Assembly (NCBI GenBank): GCA_023251595.1
Contig: JAHEYM010000005.1
Coordinates: 1 to 33,504 of the forward strand
Length of the DNA stretch: 33,504 bases
Direction of reading: 5' to 3'
Source of the DNA: Bacteroidota bacterium
Lineage (GTDB): Bacteria > Bacteroidota > Bacteroidia > AKYH767-A > JABDAW01
In this document: one piece after another, positions 9,014-18,857 of the stretch
Numbering within the stretch: position 1 is the stretch's first letter
Layout of the letters: the number at the start of each line of letters is the position of its first letter
Notes under the pieces: generated by a model
Told to the model about the DNA's origin: nothing
The model's database searches: none
The model's input: only the letters and a program-made list of their open reading frames with translations
Program-made: the position numbers and the translations under genes

Positions 9014-12000
9014 TTATCTCACCAACGTCACGAACCCGGTCCGATTATCGACCTTTCCTTTCTTCGTCGTTTCGATAATATAATAATACGTTCCTTCCGG
9101 AACCGCGAGACCTTGTTTGTTGACACCCGGCCAAGCGAAAGTCGGAATAGTAGATTCCCATAACAATTCACCCCAACGACTATAAATCAAGACTTTGAAT
9201 TGATCGTAATCACCAACAGTATCTGGTGAGAAGAAGTCGTTGAAACCATTTCCGTTTGGTGAGAATACGTTTGGAATAATCAACGGTATCACGGGACAAT
9301 CGTTTGCAGCAATTAAGAAGCTGTCGATGTTCGCACATCTTGCCAGGGGATTAAATACCTGACATGTATATATACCACCTGTTGTTACATTAATCGTTGC
9401 AGTGGTTTCGCCCGTATTCCAAACATAATTTGATCCGGGATTTGTTGCATCCAGAACATGTATATCACCGATACAGAGACTATCGACATGAAGTAGTGTA
9501 CTTCGTGGTTCAACATCAACAGCAAAAGAGTCCGTATTAGCACAAAGCGATCCGGGCGGAACGATCTGAACTGTGTAAAGTCCCGTTGAAGTGATATGCA
9601 ACGCTGGAATCGTATCGCCTGTGCTCCATGTATATGAAGCACCTGGTAAAGTCGCGTCCAGTAATGAAGTATCACCTTGACAAATCGTATCAGAAGCATT
9701 GAGATTAGTGACTGGAATAATCGTCACCATCATCGAATCTTTGGAGATACAACCACCTTGTCCGGTAGTAGTTATCGTGTACCAACCTGATGTTTGAGGT
9801 TCAACATTAACAGATGCAGTGGTTCCGATATTAGTCGCTCCTGATTGCCACAAATAAGAGTAGCCGGAACCCGTGTTGGTGCTGAGATGCAACGTATCGT
9901 TTTTACAGATGGCGGTATCGTTTCCGGCATTTACTGTTGGGAACGGGCGTACATATATATTCTTGATTCCCGTTGCAGAACCGCAATCATTCACCGCAGT
10001 AAGACGAATCTGATAAGGTCCGCCGATGGTATCAAATTGAATGTCCATAACATTGTTTGATGTATCGATCATCTGTCCATGCTGGGATGTCCATTGATAA
10101 TAAGTATTCGTTTCAAACGGTACAGAATAGTGCGCAGTATCGCCGATACAAACGAATGTTGGTCCAGTAATAAATACGGATGGCGGTCCATTAATCATGA
10201 CGTTACAAGCCGGAGAAATCGGTCCGTAACATCCATTATTGATCTCCTGAACTGTGAGGTCGAGTGCTCCTGATCCACCGAGATTTACCAGAAGTGGATT
10301 GTATTGCCAGATGAACGGAGTTCCCCCATTAATGCTGGGACTCGTCCATTGATATTGAGAATTCGGATTGTATGGCACGATAAGGAATTGTGCAATATCC
10401 CCGACACAGAAGGCTGTATCACTCGGGAAAATCCACGATGCAGTATCATTCGGCGCCCCAATCACCACGCGTATTACCGTACCCAGAGAATTCTCATACG
10501 GACTCGCACACGTTGCGATAATTCGCATGTAATACATGCCCGGCTGTAGTCCCAGTCCCATCAATGCGATTAGGTTCGGACAATGTACTATCAAAGTGGT
10601 ATCATTTCCGGCTTGTATCTCTCCAAAATCACCAAGATTGACCTGAGCAAAAGTTTGAGAACTTAGCAATTGCACTTTAAACGAATCGAGCGGACAGTAT
10701 ACGGCAATGCTATCCCACTCGTGAATACCTATGGTAATCGTAGTATCGCCTCCCTGTGTTGTCGAAATACAGAAGTGAAGATCGACGTGGTTGTTTGTAT
10801 TTATGTCGCAGTCCTGAATACAGAATGGCCCCCACACTGTCCCGATGGCTACCGGACTTGTTGAAACTACACGCAAGTAATAACCACAACCGGGTGGTAC
10901 CGTAGGAATGATTCCCGAAACTGTTCCAGGTAAAGAGCCATTCATCTGATCATAAGTCTGTGAGTTAGGGAATGTTCCGACTACCGGCGGGTTTGCTGCG
11001 AAGACTCCGTTCGAATCCGATAATTGGCAGACGTAGGTATTGAAGTTGAATACGCCGGTCGAATAAAACGGCACATCGATGACTGACCCGACACAGACAG
11101 CGTTCGAGTCCATAGCCACCACGGGCGGGAGCGTAGTTATAGTGTTGGGACAGAATATAACCGAGAAACATATCGAGGCGGTCCCTGTAATGACCGGGAG
11201 CGGCGACGTTCGGTTTATCCGAACTTTATAACAGGTGCCTGGTGGTAGCGTTCCAGGAATCGTAATAGCGATGGCACTTGACGTAGTCGGATAATTCAAC
11301 CAAAAAACACCCATGTTGGTGGCCGATGCAAAATTTCCGGTAGAGTCAGAGAGTTCAATTTCATAAGTACCGTCGCAGAGTGTATCCGATAGTTGAAAAA
11401 AGACAAAAAGATTGGAGAGCTGACAGACGGGATTTGGTGTGACAAGGGTGATATTAATGTTCACCGGTGCGTTAACCGCATCGTAAAATCCATCTAAAAA
11501 CACATCGTCGATGCCGAGCCCGACAGGGTTTGAAGTAGGCGTATTGTCATTCACCCAACGGAAACCGAATTTCAGACTTTGAACATTACAGAATGCTGGA
11601 TTGGTAATCGTTTCATATTGCCATTTGTATCGTCCGTTGTATTGAAGTTGACCAGTCTGAATCCATGGACCGCCGTTCGCGCTGTAATAAACTTCACCAT
11701 AAGCTGTCGGAGAACCTTCGCAAATATAAAAGAATGAGAAATATACGCTCGTCATTCCCATCGTACAAACGCCGGCATTCATTTCTACAAAGCGATCAGA
11801 AGTCGCTGTCGGATCATAATTTCCATTATCGATACCCGATGCAGTGAAAGCATTTTGATCGTAAACGTGCAGGTATTTGCTATAAGGAGCAAAACTGATA
11901 TTGCCCGAATAAGTACTATCCTCCGACATCGTGTTCGGATAGATCGGTGTACCTGTATAGTGATTATTTACCGTCCATAAGTTCGTCCCGGTGTTGGTAC

Positions 12001-12142
12001 CGACACTTGAAGTATTCATCGAGAAGGTGATTCCCCCATTTTCGAAGTCCTCGTTGAAGAGTTGAATATTTTGCGCTTTCGCCCCGGAAACGGCGATGAA
12101 TGCGAATAAAATGAATGTCAGATGCTTGTAAATTTTTCTCAT
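9014..12142 (-). CDS. Large surface protein with gliding-motility-associated (T9SS type B) C-terminal domain
   Basis: Signal peptide from MRKIYKH (ATG 12142), repeated ELSDSTGNF/QLSDSNGVF domains, Ig-like LDAT.PG..Y.W.TG repeats, C-terminal IPNVFSPNGNGFNDFF...GTYYYII...GFVTLVR. Confidence 0.9.
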   Translation of the reverse strand: MRKIYKHLTFILFAFIAVSGAKAQNIQLFNEDFENGGITFSMNTSSVGTNTGTNLWTVNNHYTGTPIYPNTMSEDSTYSGNISFAPYSKYLHVYDQNAFTASGIDNGNYDPTATSDRFVEMNAGVCTMGMTSVYFSFFYICEGSPTAYGEVYYSANGGPWIQTGQLQYNGRYKWQYETITNPAFCNVQSLKFGFRWVNDNTPTSNPVGLGIDDVFLDGFYDAVNAPVNINITLVTPNPVCQLSNLFVFFQLSDTLCDGTYEIELSDSTGNFASATNMGVFWLNYPTTSSAIAITIPGTLPPGTCYKVRINRTSPLPVITGTASICFSVIFCPNTITTLPPVVAMDSNAVCVGSVIDVPFYSTGVFNFNTYVCQLSDSNGVFAANPPVVGTFPNSQTYDQMNGSLPGTVSGIIPTVPPGCGYYLRVVSTSPVAIGTVWGPFCIQDCDINTNNHVDLHFCISTTQGGDTTITIGIHEWDSIAVYCPLDSFKVQLLSSQTFAQVNLGDFGEIQAGNDTTLIVHCPNLIALMGLGLQPGMYYMRIIATCASPYENSLGTVIRVVIGAPNDTASWIFPSDTAFCVGDIAQFLIVPYNPNSQYQWTSPSINGGTPFIWQYNPLLVNLGGSGALDLTVQEINNGCYGPISPACNVMINGPPSVFITGPTFVCIGDTAHYSVPFETNTYYQWTSQHGQMIDTSNNVMDIQFDTIGGPYQIRLTAVNDCGSATGIKNIYVRPFPTVNAGNDTAICKNDTLHLSTNTGSGYSYLWQSGATNIGTTASVNVEPQTSGWYTITTTGQGGCISKDSMMVTIIPVTNLNASDTICQGDTSLLDATLPGASYTWSTGDTIPALHITSTGLYTVQIVPPGSLCANTDSFAVDVEPRSTLLHVDSLCIGDIHVLDATNPGSNYVWNTGETTATINVTTGGIYTCQVFNPLARCANIDSFLIAANDCPVIPLIIPNVFSPNGNGFNDFFSPDTVGDYDQFKVLIYSRWGELLWESTIPTFAWPGVNKQGLAVPEGTYYYIIETTKKGKVDNRTGFVTLVR

Positions 12143-12234
12143 GTGAAGGGGTTTTTTCAGCAAATAAAGGTAAGGTGAATCCAATTAATCTCCAAACAAA
12201 TTTATTGTGTTGAAAAAAACTTAATTTTATCGGC

Positions 12235-12855
12235 ATGGAATCATGTTTTGTAACGGGGATAGGAACGGGGATAGGGAAGACGATTTTCTCGGCAATTTTG
12301 GCTCAACGTCTTGGCGCCGATTACTGGAAACCCGTTCAGTGCGGGAGTCTTGAGCATACTGATACGATGATGGTTCAGTCGCTGGTCTCGCATCCCGACT
12401 CAAAATTTCACCCCGAAAAATATTTATTGAAGAAGCCTGCTTCTCCTCATGATGCGGCAGAAGAAGAAGGTAGGCGTCTTGTTTTGGGTGAAATTTGTCT
12501 CCCAAAAACGCCGAATTGCATTGTAATTGAAGGCGCAGGTGGCATATTGGTTCCTTTGAACGAAAACGAACTGATGATCGACTTAATAAAGAAATTTGAA
12601 AGCAAAGTGATAGTAGTTTGCAGCAATTACCTTGGCAGTATAAATCACTCCCTCATGACTTTTCGCGTGTTGGAAAATGCAGGGATGAAAGCATCGGGAT
12701 TGGTTTTTATGGGTGAAGCCAATCCAAAATCGGAAGAGATTATTCAAAAGATAAGCAGAGTAAAATGTATAGGAAAGATTCCTTGGGTGAAGTCTATCGA
12801 TCAGGAGTTCGTGCAAAAATCGGCGGAGACTCTGAATCTTGATGTGATTTTATAA
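12235..12855 (+). CDS. bioD: Dethiobiotin synthase
   Basis: FVTGIGTGIGKT P-loop, YWKPVQCG, IEGAGGILVP, YLGSINHS. Confidence 0.95.
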   Translation: MESCFVTGIGTGIGKTIFSAILAQRLGADYWKPVQCGSLEHTDTMMVQSLVSHPDSKFHPEKYLLKKPASPHDAAEEEGRRLVLGEICLPKTPNCIVIEGAGGILVPLNENELMIDLIKKFESKVIVVCSNYLGSINHSLMTFRVLENAGMKASGLVFMGEANPKSEEIIQKISRVKCIGKIPWVKSIDQEFVQKSAETLNLDVIL

Positions 12856-12951
12856 TGCTTTTTGTTTTTAGTACAGCGGTGTCAACATTGTTTTGGGCAT
12901 ACGCAAATTTAAAACAGAGAAGAATTAAAAGAAAAACGAAAGGGATTTTAC

Positions 12952-13557
12952 TCATTTCTTTTTGATTTTGTAACCGATTGCGAACCCGAGTTGAATTGTA
13001 GGATAGGTAAAATGATAAATATACTTATCACCGTAAATAGGATCACTAAAAATCTCGATTCCGGATTTAAGACCTGCACCGAAGTATGGTTGTAGGCTTA
13101 CCCTTCTCGAGTTTTTAGAATTATATTCAAATATAAATTGAAATCCTAATTCGTGAATCTGATCTTTGCCGTATGATTCAATGGCATGAGCGTATTTATA
13201 CATAAATAAAGACTTCCGTTGAAACATTCTTCTCTTTCCAGATTTATTGTGATTCCCTTTTATCGATGTTCGAATTGTAAAACCGTGATAATTCGGATCG
13301 GGCAATACTCCTCCACTCGCAAAAGCGTCTGTTTCACCATCTACGAACCCAAAGATATATCCACACCCAATCTCAATACTCTTTCCATTTTTCAATCTTT
13401 TTTCAAATGAAAATCTTGCCTCGCCGGTTAAGGTTTGTAGTGGATAAAATTTAATAATGCTTCTTGTTTTTAGAATGACTGTGTCTGCACTGTTTTGCGA
13501 ATAACCGAATTTAAAACAGAGAAGAAAGACTAAAAGATAAAAAACGTTTCGGGTCAT
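12952..13557 (-). CDS. Exported hypothetical protein, possible outer-membrane beta-barrel (intact paralog)
   Basis: Signal peptide, IKFYPLQTLTGE motif, alternating aromatic strands, C-terminal YPTIQLGFAIGYKIKKK. Confidence 0.75.
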   Translation of the reverse strand: MTRNVFYLLVFLLCFKFGYSQNSADTVILKTRSIIKFYPLQTLTGEARFSFEKRLKNGKSIEIGCGYIFGFVDGETDAFASGGVLPDPNYHGFTIRTSIKGNHNKSGKRRMFQRKSLFMYKYAHAIESYGKDQIHELGFQFIFEYNSKNSRRVSLQPYFGAGLKSGIEIFSDPIYGDKYIYHFTYPTIQLGFAIGYKIKKK

Positions 13558-14191
13558 TTCTTTTTGAATAAATAAAAGGAAATTCCAAATTGAATAGTAG
13601 GATATTCAAATTTATCCACGAAATATGAATATGGTTGAGATGGATGATGGAAATCAGATACAAGATTAATATGATTTAACCCTATTCCGAAATACAAACC
13701 ATAAATTGTTTTCTTTCGGTTTTTAAATAGTCTTCCGAATTGTAATTGAAACCCATAAATATTAGCGTCTTGAGTTAACAAATCATGATGGGCAGAACTG
13801 GAATATTCTCCTGAATGAACATATTTATACAATAATAATGGACTAATATAAGTCCTGCAATTCCTTTCTTAGAGGACAAATAAAACTTGAAACCACTTCG
13901 GATCGCAAATCCTTTAAATTCATAATGGAAACTTAAATTAGCATCAGAGGAGATGAGATTTCCATCAAGTTCACCCCCCAATATTGCAAATTGAAAACCC
14001 GGACTTATTTCTACGCTTGTTAGTTTTCGAATCGGAAGTTCGTACGACACTCTAATTTCCCCGCAATAAAGTTGAAGTGGGTAAAATTTCAATCGTTCTT
14101 TAAATTTCGTTTTAGTTGAGTCAGTATTGAACTGGCAAAACCCTGTATGAGAATATATCAGCACTGTGAGTGCTAGTAAAATCCTTTTCAT
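13554..14191 (-). pseudogene. Frameshifted paralog of 12952-13557
   Basis: LKFYPLQLYCGE lies in the 5' ORF and YPTIQFGISFYLFKKK in the 3' ORF. Adding one base near 13850 gives GL(Y)ISPLLLYKYVHSG. Confidence 0.75.
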
Positions 14192-14405
14192 TTCTTTTTC
14201 AATAAATAATTCCAAGTCCTAATTCAAATCAGACATTTCGTTTTATTGGCATTTCATAACCCATCCAGAATTCACCGGAAATTAGTTGTAATGGGTATAA
14301 TTTAATATTAGATTTCGTGTCATTTTGCGCGGAATCTTTCTGAGTTTGGGAGTACCCAAAATGAGAATATACCAATGCAATAATAATTACAAAGAATGGC
14401 TTCAT
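14188..14405 (-). pseudogene. Remnant third paralog (stop codon plus large internal deletion)
   Basis: MKPFFVIIIALVYSHFGYSQ...IKLYPLQLISGEFWMGYEMPIKRNV*FELGLG, then NYLLKKK* in another frame overlapping the next ATG. Confidence 0.7.
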
Positions 14406-14479
14406 GCAGCTGGGTTAATTGTCAAAAAAGAGAAACTGGTAAATTCGAAAATTAGTGATTGCAAAACAATAATTGTTTT

Positions 14480-14583
14480 TTTAACGCAAAGGACGCCAAG
14501 TTTAATCGCAGAGAACGCCAAGAGATATTAATAAATCCTTTGCGAACTTTGCGTTTTATTTTCTTCGCGTTCTTTGCGTTAAA
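14480..14583. repeat. About 100-bp imperfect palindrome made of short CGCAAAG/CGCCAAG units
   Basis: TTTAACGCAAAG...CTTTGCGTTAAA outer arms with four units on each arm. Confidence 0.75.
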
Positions 14584-14623
14584 TTTTTTCTTTCGAAACT
14601 CCTGATTATTATTTAATAAATTC

Positions 14624-15190
14624 TCAAATGGAATTGGAGCTATTTTTCACCACCAGCGTTTTTGCCACGATATCATGAAGTGCTTGTTTTTTCTCTGTCC
14701 AACCTGCCATCATATATCCAATTAATAAAGTGAATTGTGAAAGATATTTCCCAAAGAAACGACCGGTCGCACGTCCGAAAGTGATTCGTTCGCCATCCAT
14801 ATCAGTTACTTTTAATTTTAAAGCCATTTTGCCGAGGGTTCCTTGTTTTGCAGAAGTTTCCATTACCGCAAAATAAAACCAGGTTACTAATATGCCGATA
14901 AGGGCAGAGATCGCCATATCGGCTATGGTGACACCCATCACATTGAAATAATCATTGAATTTAAATGAATCACCTTCTTTTAATCTTTCAAGCCAGTCTC
15001 TGAATTTTTCCTGATCCATGCTGGGATATGCAATGCCAAAGATTTTTAAAGCTGGTTGAATCAGAATTAAATTGACTATTCCCATCACAATCGCATCTAT
15101 TATCGCTGCCACGAAGCGAAGCCAAAAACCTGCATATTCAACTTCTTGCGCACCGAATGCCTGATCTGTATCAATAATTTCTGATTCCAT
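14624..15190 (-). CDS. RDD family membrane protein
   Basis: YAGFWLRFVAAIID, QGTLGKMALKLKVTD, KKQALHDIVAKTLVV. Confidence 0.92.
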   Translation of the reverse strand: MESEIIDTDQAFGAQEVEYAGFWLRFVAAIIDAIVMGIVNLILIQPALKIFGIAYPSMDQEKFRDWLERLKEGDSFKFNDYFNVMGVTIADMAISALIGILVTWFYFAVMETSAKQGTLGKMALKLKVTDMDGERITFGRATGRFFGKYLSQFTLLIGYMMAGWTEKKQALHDIVAKTLVVKNSSNSI

Positions 15191-15257
15191 TTTGATTAAA
15201 TTTTATCTAAGTTTAATAATTTGTCTGCAAATTAAAGAAACCTTTTTCACAAATCAC

Positions 15258-16688
15258 TCATTTGGGAGAAAACTTTCCTGTAAGGAATTTCACGATTCTG
15301 TCATACACTTTCAGATATGCATCGCGATCAAGTAACGCCGAATCTGTTGTTGCCTTATAGGTGAGGAAAACGCCGACCGGAAATAATATGAGTGAAGAAT
15401 ACCACATTCCCCAAAATGCAGGAGAGACTAATTCACGTACCAGTTTTTCGCCTGTGAAAGACATTACATGATAAAAAATAAACAAGAGAACAGATGCAAT
15501 AAAAGGCACACCCAATCCACCTTTTCGGATAATTGCACCCAAAGGTGCGCCTACGAAAAAGAGTACCAGACAAGCAAATGAAAGCGTAAATTTCCGATGC
15601 CATTCTATGTCATGTCTTGCGATAAGTTTTTGTCGGTTTTCGAAATCGGATGCTGTGCCGGAAATGTGAATTTTCATGGTTCTCGCGCGGTCTAATGCAC
15701 CTCTCAACAATGCCGTCCTGTTCGCCTTGTCGAAATTTAATATAAAATCTGATTGCGTAAATTTAGATTCTATCTGTGTTTTATGAGGAAGGGTATCGTG
15801 TCTGAAAAAATAACTTGGATCGAGAAGTAGATGAAAGTTCGCTTTCTGTATATCCCATTTTGATTGAAGTGAATCTCTCGCTTCTGAGAGTTGTTTCACG
15901 TTCAACATTTGATAATTATCTTTGAACAACGCTTCATTACTGCGTGTGAGAGAAAAATTCGTGAGGTCGAACCGAACCACTTCCTCTTTAAAATTAGTTC
16001 TCATCAAAGCATGATCTTCCTGTTTGCCTTGTTGTCTTTCTTCATAAGTATTTCCTGCATAAAGATTTGCAATTAAAGCACGTCCATCGGGTGTTGATGT
16101 CATCGTTCCCCATTCTGCGGTAATCAGCTTTTTATTCCCCATTCCTTCGGTATGATCGTAGATCATCAAATTCCGAAGCGTTTCACCATCCGCATCTTTC
16201 TTGCCGATCTTAATTACGTAACCATCAATTCCATTATAAAAAACACCCGGTGTCAGCTTAAATGCGGGCTTTTGTTGACGGATATCGAAAAGTAATGCAC
16301 CGATTTTCAGATTTGCAGTGGGAATGGCATAATTCGAAAAATAAAATGCTCCGAGACTCACAAAAATCGTGAAGACAAATACCGGAAACATCACTTTACG
16401 AAGCGAGATTCCCGCTGCTTTACAAGCAACAAGTTCAAAGTGTTCACCAAGGTTTCCAAAAGTCATGATCGATGACAGCAAAACTGCGAGCGGTAATGCC
16501 ATAGGAACCATCGTGATCGAAGCAAAGAGAAGAAGCTCAGCAACAACATACCACGAAAGTCCTTTGCCCACCAGATCGTCGATCCATTTAAAAACAAACA
16601 TCATCAACAAAATAAAAAGTGAGATGAAGAAGGTCATCACAAAAGGACCCACGTAGGAAATCAGCACCAGTCTGTATATTTTCTTCAC
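15258..16688 (-). CDS. LptF/LptG family LPS export permease
   Basis: DDLVGKGL, MALPLAVLLSSIMTFGNLGEHFELVACKAAGISL, EWHRKF...GAPLGAIIRKGGLG. Confidence 0.9.
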   Translation of the reverse strand: MKKIYRLVLISYVGPFVMTFFISLFILLMMFVFKWIDDLVGKGLSWYVVAELLLFASITMVPMALPLAVLLSSIMTFGNLGEHFELVACKAAGISLRKVMFPVFVFTIFVSLGAFYFSNYAIPTANLKIGALLFDIRQQKPAFKLTPGVFYNGIDGYVIKIGKKDADGETLRNLMIYDHTEGMGNKKLITAEWGTMTSTPDGRALIANLYAGNTYEERQQGKQEDHALMRTNFKEEVVRFDLTNFSLTRSNEALFKDNYQMLNVKQLSEARDSLQSKWDIQKANFHLLLDPSYFFRHDTLPHKTQIESKFTQSDFILNFDKANRTALLRGALDRARTMKIHISGTASDFENRQKLIARHDIEWHRKFTLSFACLVLFFVGAPLGAIIRKGGLGVPFIASVLLFIFYHVMSFTGEKLVRELVSPAFWGMWYSSLILFPVGVFLTYKATTDSALLDRDAYLKVYDRIVKFLTGKFSPK

Positions 16689-16708
16689 TTCTTAATTATC
16701 TTTGTCTG

Positions 16709-16779
16709 ACCCCACCCCTGCCCCTCCTTACCCCACCCAACCTCCCCAAATGGGGAGGAGAAAGGAGGGAGGGAGGGGT
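16709..16779 (+). repeat. C/G-rich intergenic palindromic repeat, copy 2
   Basis: ACCCCACCCCTGCCCCTCC...CCTCCCCAAATGGGGAGG hairpin...GGAGGGAGGGAGGGGT. Confidence 0.75.
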
Positions 16780-16787
16780 AAAATTGA

Positions 16788-17429
16788 ATGTTGAATCAAA
16801 TGACAGATGCAAATATAGTAAAGCTGAGTAAGGAAGAAGACATTGTTCTCAGGGACACGGAGTTTCTAATGCACAAACATAGCGCCACAAACAAGATACA
16901 GCAAAAATTTATGCAACTTCGAGATGAACTGAAAAGCGCTATCGATGCGAAGCCATTTGCATTCCCCGTCGGTACTGATTCAGAAACGGGACGAATTTTT
17001 AAGGGTGAGAGTTATCTGTATCTGCCTTATGTGAATCTCGATTATCCCCGTAAATTCGGAACAGAAGATGTTTTTGCTTTCCGATCTATGTGTTGGTGGG
17101 GAAATTTTTTTAGCTTCACGTTACATCTTCAGGGCGAAAGTTTTGCAAAAATCGCAGATCATGAGGATGAAATTATTTCGTCCATCAGTGGCAAAGAGTT
17201 TTATATTTCAGTTCACGAAACCCCGTGGCAGTACCATTATGGGGATGATAACTATATACCTGTTGAAAATTATGAGGATCTTCCCGAAACGGGAAAAACA
17301 GAAATGCGTTCGCGTAATTTCTTAAAACTTTCGAGAAAACTCGAACTAACGGAATGGGATGAAATTGACCCTTTCGGAGTCGAAACACTTCAAATTTGTC
17401 TTGATTCGATCAGACCTTATTTCGGGTGA
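16788..17429 (+). CDS. Hypothetical protein, probably conserved in Bacteroidota
   Basis: 213-aa ORF with motif-like segments KGESYLYLPYVNLDYPR and FRSMCWWGNFFSFTLHL. Function not recognised. Confidence 0.8.
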   Translation: MLNQMTDANIVKLSKEEDIVLRDTEFLMHKHSATNKIQQKFMQLRDELKSAIDAKPFAFPVGTDSETGRIFKGESYLYLPYVNLDYPRKFGTEDVFAFRSMCWWGNFFSFTLHLQGESFAKIADHEDEIISSISGKEFYISVHETPWQYHYGDDNYIPVENYEDLPETGKTEMRSRNFLKLSRKLELTEWDEIDPFGVETLQICLDSIRPYFG

Positions 17430-17433
17430 AAAA

Positions 17434-17814
17434 TCAGGAGCCGATAATCCGCATCAGCTTCTGGATTGCTCCTTGCCATACCAACTGATTCTCTTCAATC
17501 TCGTTTTCAACCGAAAAATCTCTCACGACGATTGCAACGTCGGAGGTGATATCGTCCTGAACAATTTCGATCTCAAACCAGGTATTTTCAGGATCATCGA
17601 CCCAAGCGAATCTGATGAGTGAATTTTCCTTTTTTGTCACCAGTTTTGCCTTCTGACCAACACCTTCCCAGATGAACGTAAACAAGTGATCTGATTGACG
17701 TACGTCGTCGGAGAACCACTCAGAAAGTCCCGAGGCAGTCGCGATATAAGGGAACAATATTTTGGGAGAAGATTTGATCTCAAATTCTATCTCGTATTTC
17801 TTCTTCTTCGTCAT
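17434..17814 (-). CDS. START-like (SRPBCC) domain protein
   Basis: EFEIKSSPKILFPYIATASGLSEWFSDDV. Start uncertain (17814, 17838 or 17859). TACCTTTG promoter on the - strand at 17870-17877. Confidence 0.85.
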   Translation of the reverse strand: MTKKKKYEIEFEIKSSPKILFPYIATASGLSEWFSDDVRQSDHLFTFIWEGVGQKAKLVTKKENSLIRFAWVDDPENTWFEIEIVQDDITSDVAIVVRDFSVENEIEENQLVWQGAIQKLMRIIGS

Positions 17815-17983
17815 TACTAATTCTTTAATTTCTTTCATTTCAAAAGTTTCTTTTTTCAAGATTTCGCGCCAAAGGTAAAAATTCCAAACGCATCTGTCAG
17901 GGAAATCAATATTTTTGCAAAATATGTATTTGATTCTTCAAGAACAATTTCTTTCCCAAATTATTTTTTAACACTTTGCATTC

Positions 17984-18727
17984 ATGGCACTCGTAGATTC
18001 AATGGAGAAGGAAGGAAACTGGCTGTTCCGGCATCGTGGGGAACTGCCCATTGTGCTCTTCGCATCGGCGATCCCCATTATCTGGCTTACAGATTACAAT
18101 GACAATGGACCTAACACAGACCAAATCTTTCTCTTTCTCTCCCTCTTTCTGTCACTTTCGGGTTTTCTGATCAGAGCTTATACAATTGGGACAACACCTG
18201 CCGGTACATCAGGCAGGAATACGGAGGGACAAGTGGCCGAAGCCCTCAATTTCAAAGGGATTTACTCAATCGTCCGACATCCGTTATATCTCGGAAACTA
18301 TCTTTATTGGATCGGAATCGTTCTTTATACACAAAACATCTATTATACAATAATTGTTTCGCTCGCCTTCTGGGTGTATTACGAGCGGATTATGTTCGCC
18401 GAAGAACGTTATCTGGAGCGAAAATTCGGTGATATTTACATGAACTGGTCTGCAAAGGTCGGCGCGTTTCTCCCTTCTTTCGGGAAGTATGAAAAGGGTG
18501 ACGTCAGTTTTTCGTTGCGAGCTGTTTTGAGAAGGGAATATCCCGGTTTTATATCTGCTGTCGTGGCTTTCACGTTTGTTGAAGCACTCAAAAACTATTC
18601 AAGTTCTAAGCAATACATTCTCAGTACAACTTCACTCGCAATCCTGTTTTTCTCGGGCGGAATTGCCACACTCCTGAGTCTGATCAACAACAATACGAAC
18701 TGGCTGAAACAGAAGGGACGGAGTTAA
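17984..18727 (+). CDS. ICMT/PEMT-family membrane methyltransferase, lipid A phosphate methyltransferase (LmtA)-like
   Basis: GTSGRNT, GIYSIVRHPLYLGN, YYERIMFAEE, hydrophobic segments. Confidence 0.8.
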   Translation: MALVDSMEKEGNWLFRHRGELPIVLFASAIPIIWLTDYNDNGPNTDQIFLFLSLFLSLSGFLIRAYTIGTTPAGTSGRNTEGQVAEALNFKGIYSIVRHPLYLGNYLYWIGIVLYTQNIYYTIIVSLAFWVYYERIMFAEERYLERKFGDIYMNWSAKVGAFLPSFGKYEKGDVSFSLRAVLRREYPGFISAVVAFTFVEALKNYSSSKQYILSTTSLAILFFSGGIATLLSLINNNTNWLKQKGRS

Positions 18728-18733
18728 GGAAAA

Positions 18734-18830
18734 TGAAAGAATGAAAAAGTGAAAGAATGAAAGAGTGGAACATCGAACCAGAACTAAACCTTTCAACCCT
18801 TCAACTTTTCAACTCATCAACTCATCAACT
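18734..18830. repeat. Inverted arrays of degenerate 8-mers
   Basis: TGAAAGAA/TGAAAAAG/TGAAAGAG units, then TTTCAACC/CTTCAACT/CATCAACT units. Confidence 0.7.
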
Positions 18831-18857
18831 TTTTAGTACCTTTGCGGACTTTTTGCT

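Noticed and set aside
14325-14531. 68-aa plus-strand ORF
   Set aside because: It overlaps the remnant paralog on the opposite strand and the palindromic repeat, has a TTG start and has no protein-like motif.
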